DNA from: Myxococcota bacterium
GTDB lineage: Bacteria; Myxococcota_A; Polyangia; Polyangiales; Houyiibacteriaceae
Direction: 5' to 3'
Assembly: GCA_020629955.1 (NCBI GenBank)
Contig: JAHDCI010000004.1
Coordinates: 11,868 to 75,867 of the forward strand
DNA: 64,000 bases
Shown here one piece after another: positions 18,075-27,054 of the stretch. The position numbers and the translations under genes were made by a program. Each line of letters begins with the position of its first letter. The stretch's first letter is position 1. The notes beneath the pieces are model-generated. The model saw nothing but the letters and a program-made list of their open reading frames with translations. It made no database searches and was not told the DNA's origin.

Positions 18075-18718
18075 GGATTCGTCGCTCGTTCTGGGCGACG
18101 ATGCCGCTCTCGCTCAATCTTCTTCTGACCTCTTTGGTCGGCCTCGCTGTTTATCCACTTGAGCTCGGTCCGAAGGTTCGATTTTCGATTGTCCTCGGCG
18201 CGTTTCTGCTCTTCAGTGCGCTTCGCTGTGTTCCGATTTCGTTTGGCAGCGAAGGCATTCGTATCGCTGGGCTTTTCTTCTCGTGGGCACGTTTCCGCGA
18301 GGTTCGCGCGGACATGTTCGAGTCCCGCTCGCGCACACACGGCACGCATCGGACGTCTTCGCTCGTGCTCCGCTGGACCCGATTCTTTACAACGGATTTT
18401 CGCAGCATCGAAGCTTCCCTTGGCAGTGCAGAAATGGCCGCGGCCGCCTTCCGGGCTTACGAGCGAGGTGAGCGCGCGGACATCCCCTCGCAACTTGAGG
18501 ATGGCTCCACTCGGGATGGCTATCGAGAAGCCGGAGTCGATTCGATCCCGCGAGAGCGGCTCGCCGCGTGCCTGCGCGATGCGAAGGCGCCACTCAAGGT
18601 ACGTGTCCGCGCTGCGGAGATTTTGAGCGCGCGGGACTCCGAAGATCCAGCGCTTGCGGATGTCGAAGCGGAGACGATTTTGCCCGAGCTTAAGCGCGTG
18701 CTCACTCGCGCGAGGTGA
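18071..18718 (+). CDS. Membrane PH-like protein paralog with C-terminal HEAT-like tail
   Basis: ATGA overlap with the previous gene. Two TM helices plus a domain similar to 17210..17647. Confidence 0.55.
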   Translation: MRIRRSFWATMPLSLNLLLTSLVGLAVYPLELGPKVRFSIVLGAFLLFSALRCVPISFGSEGIRIAGLFFSWARFREVRADMFESRSRTHGTHRTSSLVLRWTRFFTTDFRSIEASLGSAEMAAAAFRAYERGERADIPSQLEDGSTRDGYREAGVDSIPRERLAACLRDAKAPLKVRVRAAEILSARDSEDPALADVEAETILPELKRVLTRAR

Positions 18719-18736
18719 TCTCTCGCAGCTCGTTCC

Positions 18737-19732
18737 TTACGTCTGTTCGGGGCGCGTCTTGGACAATCCCTTCACAGCGCGCACGAAAGCGGCTCCGCTG
18801 AAGTTTTCCCGAACCCAATCGCGGCCGCCGCGTGGCGGGTGTTCGAGCGCATCGAGGATCGCCCGGCGCATGTCTTGAGGGTTGTCGTTTTCACAAATCA
18901 CGACACCTGAAGGCGCTCGAAATCCGGCGCACGCTCGGCGATTTGCAACCACCGGCACATCCCGAGAGAGCGCGTCGAGCATTTTGATAGGAAAACCTCC
19001 TGGAACTCTTCTCGGCACGACCGCGACGTCGCAAGTCTCGTACGCGGAGACGCGATCGGCTTCGGTGGAGAGTGGCATCACGGTGACATTCGGGTATTCG
19101 CGAAGCAGCACTTCGGGTTTGCTCTCCGTCGCGACATGAACGGTAAAGGGGCGAGCCGCTTCGAGCAGGATATCGAGACCCTGGTAGGCGTCGAGGTTCC
19201 CGGCGTAGAGAACGACCGGCTCCTTGCGAGTGGTGGGACGACGAATGGGCGGCGCGAGCGGCCACGGGATCGGCAGCGGCTGGCATCGGTAATACCGCGC
19301 GAGGTCGGGCGTAATCGCTCGCATTCGGCCAGCGCGGGAGATGCCGTCCATGACGAGTCCAATGCCGCGCGCGAACGAAGCATGACCGGCGCGATTGGCA
19401 TAGCTCGGCATTTCGAGGTCGTATCGCGTATGGGCGACCGTAATCGCTTGGCGGAGCCCAGCAAGCTTCGTCACAAGCGAAGCCTCCGCGCCGTGCGCCA
19501 TCATCACATGCGGCCGGATCAAACGAGCAAGCTCGCGCGCGCGTCGAACGAGCCCAAGATCTCGCCGAACCTTCTCGGCGGAGGGACCGGAGCGCATATC
19601 GCCAGAAGCGGAGCCTGTGCCGCGGTGAAGCGTCCATGCGCGCGGGCGATCGTCCTCTTCGCCGGAAGCGTAGGTGAGGAGATGCGCGTCGTGCCCGCGA
19701 AGCGCCTCCGCATCAAGCATCGCGCGTAGCAA
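18737..19732 (-). CDS. Glycosyltransferase family 4 (GT-B, GT1 clan)
   Basis: VVLYAGNLDAYQGLDILLEA...VPRRVPGGFPIKMLDALSRDVPVV is the typical GT4 C-domain. The listed start is TTG at 19732, but the conserved N-terminus seems to continue upstream (see findings). Confidence 0.8.
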   Translation of the reverse strand: MLRAMLDAEALRGHDAHLLTYASGEEDDRPRAWTLHRGTGSASGDMRSGPSAEKVRRDLGLVRRARELARLIRPHVMMAHGAEASLVTKLAGLRQAITVAHTRYDLEMPSYANRAGHASFARGIGLVMDGISRAGRMRAITPDLARYYRCQPLPIPWPLAPPIRRPTTRKEPVVLYAGNLDAYQGLDILLEAARPFTVHVATESKPEVLLREYPNVTVMPLSTEADRVSAYETCDVAVVPRRVPGGFPIKMLDALSRDVPVVANRRACAGFRAPSGVVICENDNPQDMRRAILDALEHPPRGGRDWVRENFSGAAFVRAVKGLSKTRPEQT

Positions 19733-19799
19733 CGCCTGCGTTCCCTGGGGAGAAGGGAAGGGGCAGCAGGCGATGTGCAGGGAGCGAAGCAGCGTTCGC

Positions 19800-20876
19800 C
19801 TACTTCAGCGCGAAGATGATCCCCGCGATCACCAAGATCACGATCGCAATGACGAGCATGACCTTAAAGAGGCTCGTCGGGGCCTCGCCCTGAACTTCGC
19901 CCGTCTGGCCGTTCACGAGGAATCGGTACACTTTGTCGTTGTAGCGGTAGCTCGCGATCCAGAGCGGCAAAAGAATGTGCTTGTACGACTTCTCGCCGTA
20001 TTCATGTCGCGCCTGAAGTCCGCGCTGCGTATCGCCAGGGACATCGTCACGGCATCGCTTCTTCTGTTCGCTCTCAATCCGTTCGCTCGCGCGCTGCCAC
20101 GCGCCTTCGATATCAATCGCATATTCCTCCGCGTGCCATCCGGCGAGATAGCTCGCGTCGAAGGGGCGAAGATGGTTGGTGTCGAAGGTCTTGAGCTTTT
20201 CCGCGATCTTCTGCGGAAGCCCCTTTGACGCGACGACCAGGAAATCGTCGTAGAAGTCGCGGCGCTGTCCTTGGGCGTTTTGCCACCGGGTCTTTTGAAC
20301 CTGCTTCTGCTTCTTCTGACCGTTCTCCACGACGGTCTGAGTTTCGTAATAGTGGTAGCCCGCTTCCGCGCGCCACTGCGATTGCACCCATGCGTCGAAG
20401 GACCAGAACGGAATGTAGACACCCGCGAGTGCGTCCATATCTGCTGCGTTGCCGAGATCGCCCGGCCGAAACCAGCTCGAACCAAGCCAGTCTTTGAACT
20501 TCGCCGTCGCGGCGTTTCGGTCGACTTGGAACGGAACCAACGACTCCGGCTGAATGGGGTTCTGCCGGGCCTGTGCTTCCAAGATTTGCTGGCTCCCGCA
20601 GAAGTCGCAATCCTTCGCGATGTTGCCGTCCGCGAAGGTCACCCGCGCGCCGCACGTCTGGCATTCGAACGAGCGACCTTGGGGAGCGACCGCGGGTTGA
20701 TGTCGTTGCTGCGCCACGCCCTGCTGAAAATCGCGCTCACCGGGGGTCGCCTGAGCTTGTTGCTCAATGGCGCGAGTCGCTTTGCAGTAGGAACATCGAA
20801 GCGCCCCCACGCTGGGATCGAATGCCATCGAAGGGGCACCACACGCGTGACACGGGTAGGTAGCAGTATCGGACAT
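19800..20876 (-). CDS. Double zinc-ribbon protein with C-terminal TM anchor (conserved hypothetical)
   Basis: CHACG...CSYC and CQTCG...CDFCG ribbons, a large soluble domain and a terminal TM helix (VMLVIAIVILVIAGIIFAL). Confidence 0.75.
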   Translation of the reverse strand: MSDTATYPCHACGAPSMAFDPSVGALRCSYCKATRAIEQQAQATPGERDFQQGVAQQRHQPAVAPQGRSFECQTCGARVTFADGNIAKDCDFCGSQQILEAQARQNPIQPESLVPFQVDRNAATAKFKDWLGSSWFRPGDLGNAADMDALAGVYIPFWSFDAWVQSQWRAEAGYHYYETQTVVENGQKKQKQVQKTRWQNAQGQRRDFYDDFLVVASKGLPQKIAEKLKTFDTNHLRPFDASYLAGWHAEEYAIDIEGAWQRASERIESEQKKRCRDDVPGDTQRGLQARHEYGEKSYKHILLPLWIASYRYNDKVYRFLVNGQTGEVQGEAPTSLFKVMLVIAIVILVIAGIIFALK

Positions 20877-21346
20877 GCCGGGAGACTACCCCATGTCGAT
20901 CGATTCAGGTCCTCGAAAGCCGACGGAGTTCGTTTCCGCGCACGGATCAAACTTGATCCGCCCGCCTCAAGGTGCCAACGAAGTTGGCAGTGGGCGGATC
21001 TGGCGAGTTCGCGAACAGGTTTTCTCTGAAATCTTCGTAGATCGTAAAAATCCTTTAGTTAAGCATGTTTATGCCTGTTGATTGAGCCTTGAAGGGGCGA
21101 GAATTTTTCACGAGACAAGATCTTCGTTCACGTCGCGACGTTGGATCGCCAGGAATAATTCTTGCTGCTTTTTGTCGTCGAGAGCGTCTTCGGGCGTGCC
21201 TCGGTCCGATAACCCCGAAAATAATGAGCAAAGCTCGACTGAAGCGTTGATCCTAACTAAGGTTTCGCGCTAGATTGCGCCGACATTTTGTGTCGACCAC
21301 CGCTCGGTCACGCGAAATCTTAGGAAAGAAGCGGAGAATAGATTCA

Positions 21347-23107
21347 ATGGAAAAAGCCGCCACCACAACTTCACGCAGCTTGAAGCAGCTATCGCTGCTC
21401 GGTTGCGCGATGATGCTCGCATTCGGGTGTTCGTCGCGTGAGCTCTCGCCGCTGAACCCCTGCACGATTGCAGGTGTCGCGGAGTCCGTGAAGGTCGACA
21501 ATATCGAAAAAGTCGACCTGCTCATCATGATGGACAACTCCAACTCGATGGACGTCGAGCAGCGCTCCATTGCGCGCGAGATCCCGAGCCTCATCCGTAT
21601 TCTTACGACGGGTGACCTCGACGGAGATACCTCTCAGGATTTCCCGCCCGTTACGGACCTCAACGTCGGCATCATCACTTCGGACATGGGCGTCGGCGAT
21701 AACGCGATCAGCTCCTGCGATGTGCCCGAGGGTGACGACGGTATCCTCCGCTCGAACGGCAACGTGTCGCTCGACGGTTGCCAGGCGAGCTACCCGACGC
21801 GCTTCTTTAACTTCCAGCCTGAGCGCGACGGCGACCCGGAGCAGTTCGCGCAGGACGTGAGCTGCGTTGCGGTTCTCGGCACGAATGGCTGTGGTTTCGA
21901 GCAGCAGCTTGAGGCGGTTCTGAAGGCCGTGACCCCGAGCAGCTCCTCCATCGCTTTCGGCACGGGTTCGGCCCGCGGCCACGCGGACGCTGACAACGCC
22001 GGTTTCATTCGCGAGGATTCGCTCCTCGCGGTCCTGATGGTGACCGACGAAGACGACTGCTCCGCGGCAGATACCGACCTCTACGATATGGGCAGCGCGA
22101 CGTACCCCGGTTCGCTCAACCTTCGTTGCTGGCAGTACCCGAACGCTGTTTATCCGATCGACCGTTACACCAACGGTCTGCTCGCCACGCGTGCGGATAA
22201 CGACCTTCTCATCTTCGCCGCCATCACCGGTATTCCCCCCGAAGTCGAGCCGAACGCGGATGAGGTCATCGACTGGGAAGGCATTCTCGCGCACCCGGAT
22301 ATGGTCGAGCGTCAGAACCCTGACGAGCCCCAGCAGCTCGCCCCGAGCTGTTTCGTTCCCGGCGTTGGTGTCGCCTTCCCGGCGCGCCGTATCGTGAGCG
22401 TTGCGCGTGACCTGGAAGCGGCCGGCGCCAATACCATCGTTCAGTCGATTTGTAACGAGAGCTACACCGGCGCCATTCAGGCCATCATTGGTAAGATCGC
22501 CGACGTTCTCGGCGGCACCTGCCTCCCGCGTGCTCTGACCCGTAAGGGTGACGGCACTGTGAGCTGCTCCGTTGTTGAGACGCTCCCAATGGGCGCGAAC
22601 TGCGACGCCGTTCCCGGCCGTACCTTCCGCGAGACGAACAGCGACGGCCAGCAGGTCTGCGAAGTGGTCCAGCTCCCGAGCGCCGGTGGCGCCTCGCCCG
22701 AAGGTCAGGGTTGGTTCTACGATGACTTCTCGAGCGACACCCTCGATCGCTGCCCGGCCGGCCGCGAACAGCGTATCGCGTTCACCGTTCCGCCCATGAC
22801 CGGCACCGTCGTTGGTCTTGAGTGTCTCCAGAACGTCTCGAACAACGAAGAAGGCACCGCTGGTGTTGGCACCGGTTGCGCCGGCTCCGACATCTGTGCC
22901 CGCCCCTCGCTTGAGACCCGCAGCCTCTTCGGTGAGGACGTTGCGCTCACCTGTGACGGTGCGACGAACACCTGCCAGGTCGCTTGCGGAAGCGATGCAG
23001 ACTGCGCCGGTGGTTACGCCTGCGCCGAAGTCGCCGAAACGGGCACCGTCACCGGCAACTGCGCCGGCGGCACCTGCTACTGCGTGAACCCGACCTGCGG
23101 TCAGTAA
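21347..23107 (+). CDS. Secreted lipoprotein with VWA-like (MIDAS DxSxS) domain and Cys-rich C-terminus
   Basis: GGAGAA SD. Lipobox MMLAFGC. VDLLIMMDNSNSMD is a MIDAS motif. Confidence 0.75.
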   Translation: MEKAATTTSRSLKQLSLLGCAMMLAFGCSSRELSPLNPCTIAGVAESVKVDNIEKVDLLIMMDNSNSMDVEQRSIAREIPSLIRILTTGDLDGDTSQDFPPVTDLNVGIITSDMGVGDNAISSCDVPEGDDGILRSNGNVSLDGCQASYPTRFFNFQPERDGDPEQFAQDVSCVAVLGTNGCGFEQQLEAVLKAVTPSSSSIAFGTGSARGHADADNAGFIREDSLLAVLMVTDEDDCSAADTDLYDMGSATYPGSLNLRCWQYPNAVYPIDRYTNGLLATRADNDLLIFAAITGIPPEVEPNADEVIDWEGILAHPDMVERQNPDEPQQLAPSCFVPGVGVAFPARRIVSVARDLEAAGANTIVQSICNESYTGAIQAIIGKIADVLGGTCLPRALTRKGDGTVSCSVVETLPMGANCDAVPGRTFRETNSDGQQVCEVVQLPSAGGASPEGQGWFYDDFSSDTLDRCPAGREQRIAFTVPPMTGTVVGLECLQNVSNNEEGTAGVGTGCAGSDICARPSLETRSLFGEDVALTCDGATNTCQVACGSDADCAGGYACAEVAETGTVTGNCAGGTCYCVNPTCGQ

Positions 23108-23150
23108 TCCGCATCAATCGGTCGGAGCGAAAGCTCTGACCGAGACGAAA

Positions 23151-23177
23151 ACGCCTCCGCTTCGCGGGGGCGTTTTT
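23151..23177 (+). terminator. Rho-independent terminator (preceded by a GAAA-tetraloop hairpin at 23120-23141)
   Basis: ACGCCTCCGC / GCGGGGGCGT 10-bp stem, 3-nt loop and a T5 tail. Confidence 0.8.
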
Positions 23178-23193
23178 CGTTTGGCGTCGGGCG

Positions 23194-24060
23194 CTATTTG
23201 GAGGGCGCGGTGCTCCCGGTCCAGCGCCAGCAGTGGTCCGGCTCGACTCGATCAGCGGCGACCTGCCACTCGCTGTCGCGATAGAGGAAGCTCCAGGAGG
23301 TTGATTCCGTGCTTGAGCATTCAACGACGAAGCGGTCTCCCTCAGAGGGAGAAATGAGCTTCTGGAAGTTCTCCCTCAGCGAGCTGAGAACCTCATCCTT
23401 CCCAACTTCGAAGCCCTCGGATCTTAGGACCAATCCTCCCAGCCTATGCTCATAACTCTGAGAGCAATAATGAGAAGCGTGCTCGCTGAAGTGCTTGGTC
23501 GCGGGGAGAAGCAAGGGGTTTGAGGGCCGTAGATACTCAGCGCTCATGCTGGAATAGAGTGTGTCTTCGCCGCCCGAGGACCACTCGCGTTCGCTCATGC
23601 GCTCTGGCTGAAAGAAGAACGACGATTCGGACTCGAAGAAGAACCCGAACAAGGAGACTTCTGGCTCAGAGCTCCTTGAGCTCATTCCTGCTCTCCACTC
23701 TCGCTCGTTTCGATGAAATGCAGCTTCGCCCCGATTCGACTGTTCGACCACGAGTAGGTCTCCGTGCGAAGGTGGTAGAAAACGCGGCCATTCAATCCGG
23801 TCGCTGAGAATTGCCCGCTCAAGGGCGTCGACATCTATTTCCGATGCCGAGTCGAAATCAACTTCTTCAGCATTCTCGCCTACCGCTCCTGGACAGAACT
23901 TGTGCAGCATCACTCCACGATTGAGCCGGTTCGATGCACGATAGGCGGGTTTTGGGAAGATCAACTGATCGATCTGAAACTCCAATTTCCTCATCTGGCC
24001 CCCATGTATGCGCGCTTTCGAATAGTGAGCATCAAGAGCGTGCTCACTGTCAATCCTCAC
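23194..24060 (-). CDS. Hypothetical protein, lower-GC orphan with an internal duplication
   Basis: 288-aa ORF with a GTG start; the alternative ATG at 23994 has GGGGG upstream. Counted lines give about 53-55% GC against about 60% in neighbours. Confidence 0.5.
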   Translation of the reverse strand: MRIDSEHALDAHYSKARIHGGQMRKLEFQIDQLIFPKPAYRASNRLNRGVMLHKFCPGAVGENAEEVDFDSASEIDVDALERAILSDRIEWPRFLPPSHGDLLVVEQSNRGEAAFHRNEREWRAGMSSRSSEPEVSLFGFFFESESSFFFQPERMSEREWSSGGEDTLYSSMSAEYLRPSNPLLLPATKHFSEHASHYCSQSYEHRLGGLVLRSEGFEVGKDEVLSSLRENFQKLISPSEGDRFVVECSSTESTSWSFLYRDSEWQVAADRVEPDHCWRWTGSTAPSK

Positions 24061-24182
24061 CCCTGTGAGATTCGCCGCAAAACCAACGAAACGGGGTTGA
24101 CCAAGGCGCGTGCGGGGCTACCGTGCGCTCTTAGAAAACTCCCGCCAGTTTGCGGAGTTTTGGACCAATAAGGACAAGAGAC

Positions 24183-26078
24183 GTGGCGCGATTTATCGAC
24201 GAGCTGAAGAGAACTCACACGTGCGGCGAACTCCGAGAAGATGATATCGGCAAAGAGGTCATTCTTTTCGGTTGGGTGCATGGACGCCGGAACCTCGGCG
24301 GCGTGGTGTTTATCGATCTTCGAGACCGAGAAGGTCTGACCCAGCTTGTTTTTGATCCCACCGATTTTGAAGCTCCGCTCGAGATCGCGAACGAAGTCCG
24401 CGGCGAATGGGTCATCGGCGTGCGCGGCAAGGTGCGCGACCGTGGCGCAAAGAGCGATGGAACGAGCCTCCGTAACGACACGATGCCGACCGGCGCAATC
24501 GAAGTAATCGTCGAAGAGGCGCATGTCTTTAACTCAGCGAAGACGCCTCCCTTCCCGATCGAAGACGAGCTCGACACTTACGAGGACAAGCGCCTCGAGT
24601 ATCGCTACCTCGACCTTCGCCGGCCGAAGCTTCAAAAGAACCTGATCACGCGCTCGAAGCTCAACCTCGCGGCGCGGACTTATCTCGCCGGCAAGGGCTT
24701 CCTCGAAGTCGAGACGCCTTATCTCGTGAAGTACACGCCGGGTGGCGCGCGGAACTTCCTCGTGCCCTCGCGTCTCTATCCGAGCAACTTCTACGCGCTC
24801 GCGGAAAGCCCGCAGCTTTATAAGCAGCTTCTCATGGTCGCCGGGTACGATAAGTACTTCCAGATCGTTCGCTGCTTCCGCGACGAAGACCTGCGTATCG
24901 ACCGCCAGCCGGAGTTCACGCAGATCGATATCGAAATGTCGTTCATCAACCAGGACGACCTCTTCACGATGCTCGAAGGCCTTGTCTTTAAGCTCTTTAA
25001 GGATGGCCTTGGCGTCGACCTTCACGAGCGCTACCCCGATGGTAAGTTCCCGCGTCTTCCCTTCGACGAGTCGATGCGCCGCTTCGGCAACGACAAGCCG
25101 GACATGCGTTTCGCGCTGGAGCATGTCGACCTGACCGAGCTGGTCATCGAGCATAAGGGCGGCGGTGTTCCGCTTCTCGCGTCGATCGCGGAGAAGTTCG
25201 AAAACGGCACCTACCGCACCGAGCTTCCCGACGAGATCGTCAAAGCGATGCGCATTCCGGCGGAGCATAAGCTCAGCCGAAAGCAGCTCGATGAACTCGA
25301 GAAGGCGTGCAAGCAGATGGGCAGCGCGGGCCTCGCGCGTGCGAAGGTCAACGAAGGCGGAGCCTGGACGCAGAGCGCGTTCGCGAAGTCGATCACGGAC
25401 GACATGCGCAACGCGATCAACGCGGCGTGCGGCGCGGAAGAGGGCGACCTACTTCTCTTCCAGCTTGGCGATGTCGACCGCGTTCACACCGTCATGGCGA
25501 ACCTCCGCGTTCGTCTCGCGAAGCAGTTCGGTCTGATCCCCTCGGTCGGAACCGAGGACGGTGACTGGAACCTCCTTTGGGTGGTCGACCCGCCTCTCTT
25601 CGAGAAGCACGAAAATGGCTGGGCCGCGGCGCACCATGTCTTTACCCGTCCGCACGATGGCGACGTCGAAAAGCTCGGCACGGACCCCGGCATGGTGAAG
25701 TGCTACCGCTACGACCTTGTCTTGAACGGCTTTGAGATCGCGGGCGGTTCGATTCGTCTTCACGATCCAGAAGTTCAGAAGAAGGTCTTCGAAGTCATCG
25801 GTCTTTCGGAAGAAGAAGGTCGCGACAAGTTCGGCTTCCTTCTCGATGCGCTTCAGCACGGCGCGCCGCCCCATGGCGGTATCGCGTTCGGTATGGACCG
25901 CGTGGCCATGCTCGCGTGCGGCACCGAGTCGATCCGTGACGTCATCGCTTTCCCGAAGACGCAGCGTTCGAACGACCTGATGACCGGCGCGCCTGGTCTT
26001 GTCGATGAGGAGCAGCTGACGGATCTCAATATCGCGATCGCCGACGCCTCGAAGACCAAGGTCCGCGGCGGCGCGTGA
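24183..26078 (+). CDS. aspS: Aspartate--tRNA ligase
   Basis: The whole length reads as class IIb AspRS (RTHTCGELR, GWVHGRRNLGGVVFIDLRD, FQIVRCFRDEDLR, GGSIRLH, GMDR). A GTG at 24183 with AAGGA upstream is preferred over the TTG at 24150. Confidence 0.93.
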   Translation: MARFIDELKRTHTCGELREDDIGKEVILFGWVHGRRNLGGVVFIDLRDREGLTQLVFDPTDFEAPLEIANEVRGEWVIGVRGKVRDRGAKSDGTSLRNDTMPTGAIEVIVEEAHVFNSAKTPPFPIEDELDTYEDKRLEYRYLDLRRPKLQKNLITRSKLNLAARTYLAGKGFLEVETPYLVKYTPGGARNFLVPSRLYPSNFYALAESPQLYKQLLMVAGYDKYFQIVRCFRDEDLRIDRQPEFTQIDIEMSFINQDDLFTMLEGLVFKLFKDGLGVDLHERYPDGKFPRLPFDESMRRFGNDKPDMRFALEHVDLTELVIEHKGGGVPLLASIAEKFENGTYRTELPDEIVKAMRIPAEHKLSRKQLDELEKACKQMGSAGLARAKVNEGGAWTQSAFAKSITDDMRNAINAACGAEEGDLLLFQLGDVDRVHTVMANLRVRLAKQFGLIPSVGTEDGDWNLLWVVDPPLFEKHENGWAAAHHVFTRPHDGDVEKLGTDPGMVKCYRYDLVLNGFEIAGGSIRLHDPEVQKKVFEVIGLSEEEGRDKFGFLLDALQHGAPPHGGIAFGMDRVAMLACGTESIRDVIAFPKTQRSNDLMTGAPGLVDEEQLTDLNIAIADASKTKVRGGA

Positions 26079-26785
26079 GCGAGACCGTCTCCCAAGCGTT
26101 TGAAGGGCGCGCCATCGTCGTCACTGGCGGCGGCGGCGCGCTCGGCCAAGCGGTCGTTCAGCGGCTCTTGCATGGTGGCGCAGGGGTTCACGTTCCCGCG
26201 TATTCCGAGAGCGACCGCGAAGCGTTAAGTCGGCTCGATCAAACAAAAGGTTCCCTCCACGTGACGACCGGCGTCGATCTTTCGAAGGAGTCGGCCGTCG
26301 TCTCGTTCTACGAGAACGTGGGTACACTCTGGGGATCGATTCATATCGCTGGCGGCTTCGTTTGGGGCCCGATCCGGGATGCTGCGCTTTCCGACTTCGA
26401 GCGGATGTTGACGATGAACGTAAAAACGGCTTGGCTCTGCTGTCGTGAAGCGAGCCGCCGGATGACGGTCGGCGGACGAATCGTCAACGTGAGCGCGCGA
26501 CCCGCGTTGGTGCCGACGCCGAACCTCGCAGCGTACGCGGCGAGCAAGGGTGCGGTTGCCACGCTAACTCAATCACTCGCGGAAGAGCTGCGCGACGATG
26601 GGATTTGGGTGAACGCGATTGCTCCATCGATCTTCGATACGCCGATCAATCGAGAGTCGATGCCGGACGCGGACTTTGACGCGTGGCCAAAGCCACACGA
26701 GCTTGCCGAGACAATCGCGTTTTTGGCGAGTCCCGAGAATCGGAGCACGCGCGGCGCGATCGTCCCGGTTTACGGGAAGAGCTGA
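26075..26785 (+). CDS. SDR family oxidoreductase
   Basis: The GTG start overlaps the aspS stop. TGGGGALG Rossmann motif and a YAASK catalytic motif. Confidence 0.85.
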   Translation: MSETVSQAFEGRAIVVTGGGGALGQAVVQRLLHGGAGVHVPAYSESDREALSRLDQTKGSLHVTTGVDLSKESAVVSFYENVGTLWGSIHIAGGFVWGPIRDAALSDFERMLTMNVKTAWLCCREASRRMTVGGRIVNVSARPALVPTPNLAAYAASKGAVATLTQSLAEELRDDGIWVNAIAPSIFDTPINRESMPDADFDAWPKPHELAETIAFLASPENRSTRGAIVPVYGKS

Positions 26786-26790
26786 CGAAG

Positions 26791-26911
26791 GGGGCTTCTC
26801 GAATCGAGGAGCCTTGTTGTCGTCGTCTCGCGGCGAGCGACTGCCGCGAATCGGTTCGAGCGGGTTACCGGGGCTTCTCTCGTTGAGCGGAGCCTTGTCG
26901 TCGATTCGCGG
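26791..26911 (+). repeat. Two copies of a ~42-nt hairpin-forming repeat
   Basis: GGGGCTTCTCGAATCGAGGAGCCTTGTTGTCGTCGTCTCGCGG (26791-26833) and GGGGCTTCTCTCGTTGAGCGGAGCCTTGTCGTCGATTCGCGG (26870-26911). The first forms a 9-bp stem right after the SDR stop. Confidence 0.6.
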
Positions 26912-27054
26912 ATAGCTTCTACCGGGGTTGAAGGAAGAACCTTGCTTCGAGGTCGTTTCGCGCGACGCAATGCGGATCGCTTTTCAGACGCGCAGAGTCT
27001 CGCATCCGTTTGACTCGGCGAAGTGCGAGGCACGACAAATCGGGGGCCGCAGCA

